A stretch of 64,000 bases of DNA from Basidiobolus meristosporus CBS 931.73. Lineage: Eukaryota; Fungi; Basidiobolomycota. This document shows, in pieces, positions 30,069 through 41,882 of this stretch. The stretch covers positions 62,001 through 126,000 of the forward strand of contig MCFE01000021.1 of NCBI GenBank assembly GCA_002104905.1, given 5' to 3'. The notes beneath the pieces are model-generated. The model saw only the letters and a list, made by a program, of their open reading frames with translations. It was not told where the DNA came from and made no database searches. Each line of letters starts with the position of its first letter. Position 1 is the first letter of the stretch. Made by a program: the position numbers and the translations under genes.

Positions 30069-30991
30069 CTCGGCCTCTTTACCAACAATAACGGTACGAA
30101 TGGGGTTTAAAGGGATTGGGATGATGATTGAGGTGCCAGCTCCACTGATAAATCAACTCTTTTTGTCAAGAATTCAAACGTTCGTACCAGGCGTAGGGTT
30201 TGTTGATATAAGGAGAAATTACTGATTCAAATCGAGTAGAGCATGCAAACCTGAGAATTCGGAAACCGAAGAATTGCATATAACATAAACAAAGTCCGTT
30301 CAATACCATTCTATTTTAACAAGATTGATTGATGAGGCGAGCCTCTGGGTTTTTAGATTTTTCAAGCACTGCATTAACATGGTTGTGCATATTGTATGTT
30401 ATGTTGGATTGTCAGAGATGCATCACAATTCACCGAGATCAGACGTACATCCAAGATATCCGTGTATTGGTATGTGACCTTCGTTCAACCGAACGTCGCA
30501 GAGATCTTGTAGTTTCCGGCTCTAAAACGACTAAGCCTTCTCTTGGCCTCTGTGCTCTGAATAAAGATGTGCGCTCATCAGCATTGAAGTACACCACTCA
30601 TAGTTCAGGAAGGCCTACATATCAACAACAGTTTATAGGTTGAATTTCAATTTCCATTGATTTAAAGATTGCAATCACTTGGTACAGTAGAAGCCTGGGC
30701 TGTACATTTATCAACCCCTGTTGATAGAGGAAGGGAAATTATCGTGAAGCAGCATTGATACCCACTATCCAAGTATTTCCCAAGGTCACAACGTACTGGC
30801 CCGCCATCTGGAGGGTCGCAGTGCTTGCATCGATTCCTCTTGATTTAGTTGTTTATGGCACAATATATCACATCACAGACATTCTAGCTGTACCCTCAAT
30901 TTAATTCCCTATCCAAAGACAATCATGGAAATTTATTCGCCGGAACAAGACAACAAGTCACAAAAACTATGGTCAACATGTTTGACGAAAG

Positions 30992-32041
30992 CTAATAGAA
31001 AGGCCCATACACCCCTTGTGCATATGTCGATTCAATCTTCGAAATTCTTTCAGATGAAAGTCGTTGGTTCAATTTGGAATATCTATAGCACAGTGGTTGA
31101 CGCTGCGTATTCACCAGGTCCTTGACCTTCATTCCAAAGGGCTCTATGACATCGTTAGGCTTATAGCCATGGTCGAACAGATTTTCTGGAGTATGAATCT
31201 TTTCCCAATCTGCAAATATTCTGTCCGCAAATGCCGCACTTAAGATATATAGAGGGCTTTGTAGCATGGATGTTAGTACCTTGGGAGATACTCTAATGTA
31301 TCGGCCATTGCACTTACTCATTGATAGCTGTTAATACGTTCTTCAAATCTCCACCAATCGACTGATGGACATGGCGCATCACCAGGTCTACCTGCTCATT
31401 GAGCAAAGGACATGTTTTAGACCTGACTATCATCGCTCTAATATATTCCGGAGGAGGGAAGGATTTGATCTTGTTGCCTAAGTCCCACTCTCGCTTGATA
31501 CAATGTGTTGTGGGATATTTAGCTACCCACTTCTTCACAACTCCCTCTGTCACACATTGATCACTCTTGCGGCCATTGCCCCCGAAAAGACCAAGGATGC
31601 GGCTACTCTCCGGTGAAACGCTATCCCTACTCCAGTCCTGGAATAGTAATTGATGTGAGAAGTCTGCAATATTTAACGGTGAGCAATCCTGACCCAACGT
31701 ACCCAAATTGTTGTATTCAAGTGGGGATTGATCTGCTTCAATTCCTTGTCGAACTTCAGCAAGAAGGCTCTATTATATAATAAAAAGTTATGTGTGCGGT
31801 GATATTTTTTGATGTATTTGGCGTGTAACTGGACAAATTCATCATATACTCCACTATCCTTCATCTCGTTCAGTCCCTCCAAAAATTCTTTGAGCTGAGC
31901 TTCATTCAATTGACGTATCTCTCGTCTAACCTCTAAATCAGCACAAGGCTTTTCTGCGTTGGAAGGTTTGATATCCGCACCGCAAGTAACACCAAGAGCA
32001 AAGGTAGCCAGAACGAAAGCACGAACAAAAGAACCACCCAT
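30992..32041 (-). CDS. Secreted tyrosinase-fold (type-3 dicopper family) protein with degenerate metal sites
   Basis: Signal peptide; PC..VRREIRQL, YDEFVQLH, WDWSRD, FGGNG..CVTEG, HC.KR, VHQSIGGDL, NDP and LCY.Y are all hallmark tyrosinase segments; two canonical introns. The C-terminus is uncertain. Confidence 0.8.
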
Positions 32042-32896
32042 TGTGATATGCTTTCATGTCCCTGGGTAATCATCAAGTCTTTTTATTCAAGATCGAATAC
32101 CAATTCTGCATATGATGTTTGGGACTGGATGTTACAGATGCTTATGGTGCTTTGGATAGTCCCGATGCTGATCAAACGACGTTCTGTGACAATACAACAT
32201 GGAGGCTTGTTGATAGAATTCAAATCACCGCTGATTCAGCAGAATCTGCACTTGGCGAACGGATATCTTGGGAATCACAGTGCTGAGGCTATACAACAAC
32301 ATACAACTCTTACAATGGTAATAAATAAAAAATCGCCAGCCATCAGTAAAGGATTCGAGTCTTGAAATTATCTGAACTACGATATTAACTTGAGACAATG
32401 TTGTATTCTTACTCGCCCTTTCTAAAACCTGCTGTAATCAGTACTTGGTATTTGACAGCTCAGTTTTCATGATAGAATCGGCTGTTCCGGGACCATTCAA
32501 CCCAGAACATATCCTGAGGTGCTGCATGCCAGACCGGAAGCAGGAAGGTTGAATAGTGTTAATGATAGTACTTGCTATGGCGAATGGGATGAGTTGCCTT
32601 GCAACCGGTCGTCCTGAATCCGTTGAAGAGAGGATACCAAGTTGCCGCTACACAGCACACAACGCAAACACTTAGGTTAACTGTTTTACTCCAATAGTAT
32701 TGCATAGTCACGATATCAACAAGGTAAGGAAAGTTTTCCGCTTTACAATAGATGATAAAAAGCAGCAAGCCATAGACTGATTAACGCAAACAGATACATC
32801 CAAATGGTTATCTAAAGTAGCAATGCGTAGGTTTTCAACATGTCTATGAAGCCAAATATAGATACATCTTGAAACTGTCGAGAAAGTAGCCAACAC

Positions 32897-33907
32897 TCAA
32901 GCAATACAACAACACGAGCTCTTTGTTTTACTCTGGGAATTGGGTGATTGTGGTGTTGACTTGGAAGTAGCAGCTGCAACTGCTTCTTGTCGGCGTATCT
33001 CCCGAACGATTTGCTCAAATGTCTCATCAATGTTGACTCGAGTTTTTGCACTTCATGAGAGAAATTAAAAATCAGTATGTCAGTATTATGGATGACACTA
33101 GCTGTATTACCTAGTCTCCAGAAACAATGTCTTTGATTGTTGAGCGAAGGTTTCTCCCTGAACGGTGGATACCTCACGCTCCTGCTCTAGATCGCACTTG
33201 TTACCCACCACAATGATCGGACACTAAATGAAGCTGCATAAATGGATCGGATCCATCAATGAGTACCATACACACTAGGGAAGCATACCGAGGTTCCTTC
33301 CTTGGCTCGACGAATTTGATGTATTATAGTAGCTAGCTCTTCTAGAGAGTCTTGCGAACTAATAGAGTAAACACAAACAAAACCATCGCCTTGTCTCATG
33401 AACTTGTCATCGAACAGGCCGCTAAAAGAACCGTTGCAAGTCAGCAACCGGTATTGGTGTTCTATACGCAAGGTGTTTACCGATATTCCTCCTGCCCGGC
33501 AGTGTCAGTGATGTCCAAGCTGTACTCCATTCCATCCATGATGAATGTCTTGCAGTAACAGTCCTCTATCAGCGACAGGGCAAGGTGAGAAAACTTGAGA
33601 ACGAGGTCAGAAAGGGGCTTGGAGCACATACCTATGGTAGGATCATATCTATTGTGGAAACAAGGAATAAGGTAGTTAGTCGCCGACAATGACGTATACT
33701 ATGCTGTGCATGAATCGCTCACTCTTCAACGAATCTACATAAGGGGAGGAGGTAAATTAGGCATTATACGTATACACGTATGTGTGTGTATATGGGAACT
33801 GCTTCGTACTGATTACGGACAAAGTTTAACGTTATTGCGGATTTTCCAACGCCACCTCCACCTAGGATAACGATGGAGTATTTAGCAGCAGGTAGCAGGG
33901 AGGACAT
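32897..33907 (-). CDS. Ras-family small GTPase
   Basis: G1 GGGGVGKS, switch I FVEEYDPTIED (built from micro-exons), G3 DTAGQEEY, G4 NKCD, G5 ETSAK, C-terminal CCCIA* CaaX. Confidence 0.92.
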
Positions 33908-34730
33908 GGAAGATAAAAATGTAGAATAATGGTTTAATGCTAAATCCCAATACAACAAACGGCTCAAACAATCCCAAGGTCGTAGGGAAACGTAAGGATA
34001 GCTACAAGTACGGCCCAACCTAAAACAGACCCTATATGGAAGTGCAGGTATTTATTCCAGCCAGTCAGACACACAATGGGACTATAATTGCCAATGTGCA
34101 TGATCGCTGATCCAGCATTGAATTGACCATAACACAAATGAATACGATCTATTCCATATATAATCAGGTGTCGACTAGGATCTCTAACATCAAAATCATC
34201 TGCTTTGGTGGTGCTTCAGGATCCAATACGCCATATTGATCCACAGGTGAAAGTAAATTGCTTGGAGGGTGATGTAGCGTCGTCATCTAATCTTCTGGAG
34301 CAAGTTACATGTATTGGTTTCATGTTCTGCAAGCTCGCAATCAAGAGCCCTGTGTGGTCAAGGGTTACATCATTGCTAGACGCTACAAGTTGGCTGACCC
34401 TCAAAGCATTCGCATCACACAACCTCAGCACTACGGCAATTGAGGTGTATCGATGAGTGCAACCCACTGGGCTCTCGACTACATCGATCCGAAATGAGCG
34501 AACGATTTCACACAAGGCCCCCCGACTATTGATGAGTGATGACCATCCAACACAACAACCGACACATCCATTATACTACCAGCTTTCAGATATCGTCATT
34601 TTCCGATGTTTTTTATTTTGCGAGTTAAGCTACACAAAAATTGAGCTCGGAAGTCGACGAAATAGTTTTTAAACAATTCAACGATACTTCGAGACCGTTG
34701 TCAGCAACATATCGTAAACGATTGAGCGGC

Positions 34731-34901
34731 TTAACGGTACTTGGCGAAACCAATGTCAGAAGCGTATTGACGGAAGCATTGTCTGCAGACGTTCAAGCCG
34801 TATTTGCGGATGAGACCGGCGCGGTGGGTGCATACGCGGCATTGACGAGAACCCTTGCCATATTGACGGGGACGGGAGTTCCAAACGTTTTCGTGGGCCA
34901 T
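34731..34901 (-). CDS. RPS29: 40S ribosomal protein S29 (uS14), coding region intronless
   Basis: [48 protein letters not shown]; 56 aa with four Zn-binding Cys. Confidence 0.97.
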   Translation of the reverse strand: MAHENVWNSRPRQYGKGSRQCRVCTHRAGLIRKYGLNVCRQCFRQYASDIGFAKYR

Positions 34902-35186
34902 ATTGTAAATACGAGTCTGACGAGAGAGGAAGAGAAAGTACACCCATCGAAATTCGGCTATTAAAGGGATGAAATTTTCTTCCCTGGCCCGTATTCCTAT
35001 AAACCCCTGATTATACTTCGCTGATCTCGAAGTAAATTGGCCAATTTCAGGAATCTGATTGTTGGCCCTCGGGCACCAGGGATTTGGAGATCGCTGCAAA
35101 ATTGCTCATGGAACCGACCCGCGCGTTTAAGATTTGGTTTATTTCATTGCATTTCTACATAGATATATGATTCTCGGACTATCCCT

Positions 35187-36241
35187 TCATTTAACCTCGT
35201 ATAGCTCGGCCATATTCTCCAGCTCCACTTGCCGTCTCGACAAATGCTGTGCGAAAAAGCTCATAATCGGCTGCCATTCCCTCTAATTTCAAAGAAAACA
35301 GTTAAAAGGATGGTCGCGGTTTAGGGCTACTGTGCTCTGTCATTACCGGTCCACTTGGCATAGCGTGGCCTTTGTTTGGCACTGTAATTGTCTGGGTGTT
35401 GGATTTACCGAACCGGCTCTGGATGTGTGCGGTCTGTGCATTACGTGTGATTAAAAACAGTCCGTTCCGAATGATTGTCCGAGGAAATTACTTACACGCT
35501 CTTGACTAGTACGGGGAGATATTGTTTCGTCTTTATCCCCTTGAATGATCAGCACATTGGTGTTTTGAGAGAACTCTGCACTAGAGGGCGTTTTCTCTGT
35601 TTCTTCAAGCAAATACCCTGCTACGCTAACCACGCAATTCACGTTGATTCCTCCGTGAATAGCCAAATCTAGTGCCACTGTAGCGCCCTGCGAAAAACCA
35701 AAGAGAATGATTTTATGTGCTTCGTATCCACAACCGCCAACGAGTTCTTCTATGAAAAACTTTTTCAATATTTCCCGTGTTTTCAACAGGCCTGGCAAAC
35801 GGTGTGGAGAATCCTTTGTAAGAACTGGGAGTTTACGTTGGAACGGTGAGTTATGGATGTGGTGGGAGACTCAAGCACAAGGTTTTACGTACGATCTCCC
35901 ATAGGGCCAAAGGAAGGGTACCATTGTGTCCCCTCATCAAAGTAGGGAATAGGTTGAGGGGCCTTTATAGACACTACCGCAGTTTGTGGTAATTTCAGTG
36001 ATTGTCCCAGTTTTAGAAAAGGCTTTTCGGTATCTCCTGTAAAACAATATTGCCGATAAGCGGATAATCACATATGAACGGGGCGTATTGGACTTGTACC
36101 TAGGCCGTGGAAGAAGACCAAGAGATTTTCGTCTACGCCATCAGGGCTGGGGCTATATTCAAATGTTAGCCCTTTGAACCTAGGTGCTCTCTTTTTGACA
36201 GGCAGAGAGCTGGGCTGGTTTTCTACTGGATAAAGCTGCAT
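35187..36241 (-). CDS. Phospholipase/carboxylesterase (acyl-protein thioesterase-like), multi-exon
   Basis: NLLVFFHGLGD, GFSQG nucleophile, QGDKD (Asp), NKGHAMP (His); GT-AG introns. Confidence 0.85.
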
Positions 36242-36460
36242 GGCTGATTATTCTTGGGCAAAATCCAGCTTTTATTTTTCCCATCACGAAACCATTGGTG
36301 ATTGGCCTTCCATATTTTGGTAAGATCGATGTTTATTTATTAACACCATTGACATCAACTCATCAAGCATTGATTACTGCTTTGGCTGGTCGGATAAATG
36401 AGCCTAAAACAATTAATTACAATTTTTGGCTGGGACAATTGCAAATCCTGTACAAATTAA

Positions 36461-37735
36461 TCAAAAATCATCATCGTCCAACTCGTAGGTTTCTGGGTTC
36501 CCTTCCTCATCATCTTCGGACTCGTTCAGGCTTACACTCTCCACGTCTTCAGACACCTCGGCCATGTCCTCATCCTCATCCTCACCCTCACCCTCATCCG
36601 ATTCGTGGTTATCGCTGTTTTCGGAGTCATGTTCAGAGTCGAATTCCTCTGCCACGTCTTCTTGATCGTCCTCTGGGCAAAAATCCTCGTCGTCCTCCTC
36701 GTCGTTGTCTGCCTCATCATGATCTCCTGGTTTGTCCCCCTCTTGCGAGTCTGTGACCGGCTTTCCTAGCGATTCCTCCCAGGCCTTGGAGGCAATTTTC
36801 TGATGGTCTATGTAGCCCATGATGGGATCGAATTCATCGTAGTCGATCATGGAGAACTCGTAGTTGACGCCTTTTTCTTCATCCTGGGGATTATCATCGG
36901 AGGAACTTGGCTTCATAGTGATGGATAAGTCAAATGTTCGTGAGGTGATTCCAAGCACGTTCATCGAGTCAATCTTATGTATGGGAAGAAATAGAAGCGG
37001 CTTTTTAAAACCAAAGAAAAGCCCGCTAGGTAGTAAATAGAGGTGACCCTCCTTAGACTTGAGATAGCAGTTAATGTGTGCTCTTTTTACTACGCTCTTT
37101 GCAAGACCAGCTTTCGCTTTGGATTCGAACAGGTCAAAATCAGGAATGGTCACTTTTCTGTTGGTACCTTCTTCCAATATCTGAGTAATTATTTCCCTGT
37201 TCGTGCCTGTTAATTTGGATATTTCGAGTTGATTGATGGTTCCCGACATTTGTATCGTGCTATCATCCGCAACTGTAAAAACAATTGCGTCCATATCAGT
37301 AGTTGCACCGGAGTTTGTGTTTCCGCTTTGACTAAACAAGATGAACGTGTACTGTGGCTTTTGCTTATCGGGGGTGGGTACGCAAAGCAGGTGTCTCACC
37401 GATTTCAGTGGATAGATCCCTTCGACTTTACCATCCTTGGTCTTCAATATAATCGAGGAGTCGGAGATGCCAAGGCTTAGTTTCTTTCGTGGTGTAAGGA
37501 ACGAAATATCCTGGATAGTGCAGCTGGATTCTGAGCTGGGCTCTTGGGATTCTTCCGAGTCTAACTTGCGTTTCTTGCTCTCACTACCATTTGCTTGAGA
37601 AGCATTCTGAGGGTTGGAGATAAAGTACTTGATCAAATCATCTATCAGTTGTTGAGCCTCAGGATGTGAGGATGTGTAGCTAGCAACAGCGGAACGCAGT
37701 TTTGTGTCTGTGATGGTGTCAAGCAGTGAAGACAT
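36461..37735 (-). CDS. Rtt106-like histone chaperone, intronless
   Basis: Tandem PH-like core (ISF.TPRKKL; KEGHLYLLPSGLFFGFKKPL; ITSRTFDL; EFSMID) and a long acidic tail. Confidence 0.8.
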   Translation of the reverse strand: MSSLLDTITDTKLRSAVASYTSSHPEAQQLIDDLIKYFISNPQNASQANGSESKKRKLDSEESQEPSSESSCTIQDISFLTPRKKLSLGISDSSIILKTKDGKVEGIYPLKSVRHLLCVPTPDKQKPQYTFILFSQSGNTNSGATTDMDAIVFTVADDSTIQMSGTINQLEISKLTGTNREIITQILEEGTNRKVTIPDFDLFESKAKAGLAKSVVKRAHINCYLKSKEGHLYLLPSGLFFGFKKPLLFLPIHKIDSMNVLGITSRTFDLSITMKPSSSDDNPQDEEKGVNYEFSMIDYDEFDPIMGYIDHQKIASKAWEESLGKPVTDSQEGDKPGDHDEADNDEEDDEDFCPEDDQEDVAEEFDSEHDSENSDNHESDEGEGEDEDEDMAEVSEDVESVSLNESEDDEEGNPETYELDDDDF

Positions 37736-37993
37736 TTTAATTGAACACTAGAGAAACCGAACTTATAATACATCTAGAGTTAAAAGTTTGCAGCGATGTT
37801 TTCATTATTTTGATCCAACAAACAACATCCATTTACAATACGTACCTATCCATATTCGCCTAAGTCCGTTTGCCAATTCTTAGGGCCCTGGTAAATTCAA
37901 ACTACTATGCCTGATATGGCAATAGCACGCGTACCCCGCGATAAGACAAAACAGCTGGACATACCTCTTCGCTCGACAACTTAACAATAGGTA

Positions 37994-40900
37994 ATGCGTC
38001 CCTTCCAAAGTCAAATATACCCTAGATTGTCGGATACTAGATACGTGCCTTCAAGCTATGAATCCGATTACACCTCGAGCATCAAAAATCCAATATTCTT
38101 CACTTCACAAGGAGCATTGACTTCTTTATCTGCCTCACCGGAGCGTGAGCAAGTAGTCGTAGCGGGCCGTGAAGGTGATGCAGTTCGCTTTTCTGTCCTT
38201 TGAGAATGATCTAAAACTTGCCCAACTTCGAGCAAATAGTCTTGAAAGTTTTAAGTGTAAGCGAACGTGAAGTGATTGAGGTCGTAAATCTACGCGCAGG
38301 GAGTCGATTAAATTTGAATTTTAGTGTCAATGACGTGAAATGGAGTATGTAAAGCAATTACTCTATGTTATTTTACATTCAAAACCCAAGCCAACCAGGT
38401 CTCAAGTATCAAAGGCGAAGATTGCCACTGCTGCCACTAATGGTGCTATAGTTTTATGGGACATCAATCGGACTGGACAGAAAACGGGTCATTACATATC
38501 TCATGGAGCCATTCACCAATTCTATTATTAAATATGTTATCTTAGAGCGAGTAATATCCGAGCATTCCAGAGCCGTCAACCGCATCGCCTCTGAAAGTTC
38601 TTCTGGCTTGACGTTGCTCAGCGCCTCCCAGGACTCTACCATGAAGCTTTGGGTAAACTCTTATTCTTGATGCCAACACGAGGCGCGTGCTTACCGCGGT
38701 ATATATCTAGGATTTGAGAGAGAAAACTGCCGCCAAGTTTACGTTTCAAGGAAAGTCTGAAAGTGTACGCGATGTACAGTTCAATCCGCTAAACCCCAAT
38801 GAGTTTGTGGCGGCATTCGAGAATGGAACAATTCAGGTAGTGTGGTGCATGGGTTACCCGTTAGAGCCATATCCGTTTCGCTAATTCTTGGAAATCCTCT
38901 GTAGAAATGGGACATACGAAACCCCTCAATGTTCGAAAAAAAGATCAGTGCTCACTATGGAATCGCGTTGTCAATAGATTGGCATTCTGATGGACGATAT
39001 GTGGCCAGCGGGGGAAGAGATAAAATAATTAAGGTGGATACCTGTGAAGCTCTAGATTTATTTGCTGGTTGCTTACCATCAGCCACTAGATTTGGGATAT
39101 GAAGTCAGATGGCCGCAAGCCTCAGACGTGTGTTCAAACCATTGCCAGTGTAGCCCGGGTTCAGTGGCGTCCGGGCTATGAGTACCAAGTAGCGTCATGC
39201 TCCCTAAACACTGATAACCGGGTCGTGGTCCACGATATTCGCAGACCGTACGTTCCCAAGTTTTTCCTAGACGAGCACCAGAATGTCACCACTGGTAAGT
39301 AGAGATCCTGCAGGCCCTCTCGACGCTATCTGATGCCTTGTGTCCTTTTAGGATTTCTTTGGCACGATTCGGACATCATATGGTCATGCTCTAAAGATCG
39401 AAATTTCATACGCCATGACGTTCGGAATGCCACCCAGCCATTGGACTTGCTAAATACCTCTGGCCTAGGTTGGAACGTTTATGGGGACGTAGCGTTCACG
39501 ACCGAAGATAAAACCGCTGCTGATGACACGTAAGATCAACTTCCCTCGTGCATGCCATTGACATATGATCCTTATGGTGACACCTACTAAATATGACCCG
39601 TAGACTCCGACCAGGATTTGGATCTTCGTTTCCACGGTCTTCAAGGAGAGGTTCTGAGATGACCGAACAGGTATGTTGCGCACAAAGAATTGCCTCTGTA
39701 CGATTATTGAGCCAATGAGAATGTAGTTCAACCAGTATCAAAACACTGGTATTGTGCATCTTCCTACATTCGACTACGAAAGCTTTGTGTTTATGGCGGA
39801 ACACTACGATATGAACTCGGGGAATGTTTGGGAAGCCTGTGAACACAATGCAGAGGTAATTCTCCGGTCCTGGACATATCAAGATTTCCATGGTAAACCC
39901 ACCTCCTCGATCATTAGGTGGCTCAATTCGTCAATCAGCCTCGTGCAGCACAAACCTGGAAAGTCATTCAACTTCTCTACAGCGCTCCGTTCAACTCCAA
40001 ATCGGAATTTCCAGAACAGACTCCATTTTCAACTGTTGGAGTGCTGGGTAATGTTATGACCTCCTCCCCCGTTGCCTCCTTAAGTATGCCTCTCTGTCCA
40101 CTGCTTTCCAGAATCTCCACCAACTCGAAACCTTCATAAATTTAGCCCAGAAAAACACTCCAACTGGTATGCACAGAATACCAATCATCACGACCAACGA
40201 CGAAATACACGAGGAGTCCCAGTGGATAGAGGTGCAGGCCGGCCTTAATCTTGTGCTTCTTTAGTGATCTAATGCCTTCCTGGACTTAATGATATAGAGC
40301 TCCGATCTATACGACGCTCTGGAAAGTGATTCCGAAAGCGAGAGCGATGATAGCGACTCGCTTCTTACAAAGCCATTCAAAGGGGAAACCAGAATTAACT
40401 CCGAAACCGTTGTTAACGTATTTGCCCCAACCGAGAAAGCGGCTCTTGATTGGAAGCACGAGAACATCTTGGAAAATTTGATGAAATATTACGGAGAGAA
40501 GGTGAGCCTTGTATTTCTCCCTGTTCAGGGACATGGCTAATTTACAAGTGGGTGTCGTATTAGGGTGATGTCCAGATGTGCGTAACATTGCTCATTGTTT
40601 TGGAGAAACATATCCAACATAAATTTGCCTTGGAAGAGCAATGGTTTTGGTCTTACGTTGGTATGTAAAAGCCGTTCTCTCAGTGGTTCCCGGTTAACTA
40701 ATAGCCTTCTCGTCAAGATCTGCTGCATCGTTTTAAGCTCTGGTCGGCTGCAGCCGCAGTTATCTCGAAATGTAAGATCGCGTCAGTCCGTCAGCGCAAC
40801 CAAGTTAGTCCGTTTCTATACTGCTTATTATGAATCTCGCATAACCCTTTGTTTCTGGGCGTATCTAGGAATCGACCACTGTATATACAAGCTGCAATTA

Positions 40901-41218
40901 TTGCTTTAAACCATTGCTGAATTCAAAACATGGATTCTGGGTGTGTGACAAATGTAGAAAGCTACTTAACCCTTGCACTATATGGTATGTCCCCATCACA
41001 TCAATCACTTGCGAGAGATCGATTCTTATCTTTCTACATAATGCAACAGCCACCAAACTGTCAGAGGGCTGTATGTTTGGTGTCAAGGTTGTAGCCATGG
41101 TGGACATTTGCTGCATATGCAGGATTGGTTCCGGGAAAATTCTACGTGTCCAACCGGCTGTGGACACCAATGCTCTTTTGCGCTTGGTTCAGTAGAAACT
41201 CTTCCATCGAATACATAG
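37994..41218 (+). CDS. WDR24: WDR24/Sea2/Rtc1 subunit of GATOR2/SEACAT (WD40 repeats plus C-terminal RING), multi-exon
   Basis: VVVAGRE, IATAATNGAIVLWD, SASQDSTMKLWDLR, ESVRDVQFNP, ASGGRDKIIK, TIASVARVQWRP; RING C..C..VRGLYVWCQGCSHGGH..WF..CPTGCGHQC. Confidence 0.88.
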
Positions 41219-41482
41219 GCTAGATTTATTTGCATAACACTATTGGATTTTGTATGTTTATGTAATAGCTGTGAATGAATAAATTGTAAGATAGCTCACA
41301 GATTCGATCCAATTGTCCCCAAAAGATGACACATATCCACTCGAGGATCAGGAGCTGCGTTGGCCCCAATCTGGCCGCCCTTTCCCCACTGCTGAGGGCA
41401 TAACCGCAAACTACTTGGTATATGTACCTTTAGCTCCTACTATTTCATAGTTCCTTTTCGGCCTGCAGTACCCTAATTCCAC

Positions 41483-41882
41483 ATGAGCTTTGTCCTTGGT
41501 ACCGTTGCTCGTAGAGCTTACTCTACCAGATCATATATCCCCCCTAATCTTGGTGCTGCTGTTAAATCAGCCACTCCCAAGGCTGAAACTGGAAGTAATG
41601 ACTTGAGCGGCTTGGTCGAATTTTATAAAAGAATCCCTAAAGGAGCCGCCAATTCCACCAAGCCACGTGGTCTTCTTGCTCGTTACCGTGCTAAATATTG
41701 GGAGGGTGACAATGCCTCTTTCACCCCTTTCATTCACGCAATGCTTTTGGTTGGTGCCATCCATATTGGCCTCCATTATAGTAAGTTCGTGAGCAAAGCG
41801 TTACGGTAACCGATACTAACCGGAATCGAACTTTCTTGCAGAGCATCATCAAGACACCCATGCACATGGTGAACACCATTAA
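41483..41882 (+). CDS. ATP17: Mitochondrial ATP synthase subunit f
   Basis: Presequence, IPP, LVEFYKRIPKG, RY.AKY..GDNAS..P..H, His-rich end; intron at 41781-41841. Confidence 0.85.

Noticed and set aside
21633-33907. Proximity of Bem2-like GEF/GAP, tetraspanin and Ras as a signalling cluster
   Set aside because: Unrelated genes intervene, and such proximity is expected by chance in a compact genome.
34641-34964. 107-aa + strand ORF
   Set aside because: Antisense shadow of RPS29.
36295-36756. 153-aa + strand ORF with PHPHPH repeats
   Set aside because: Antisense of the GAGGAT repeats encoding the acidic tail of the Rtt106-like gene.
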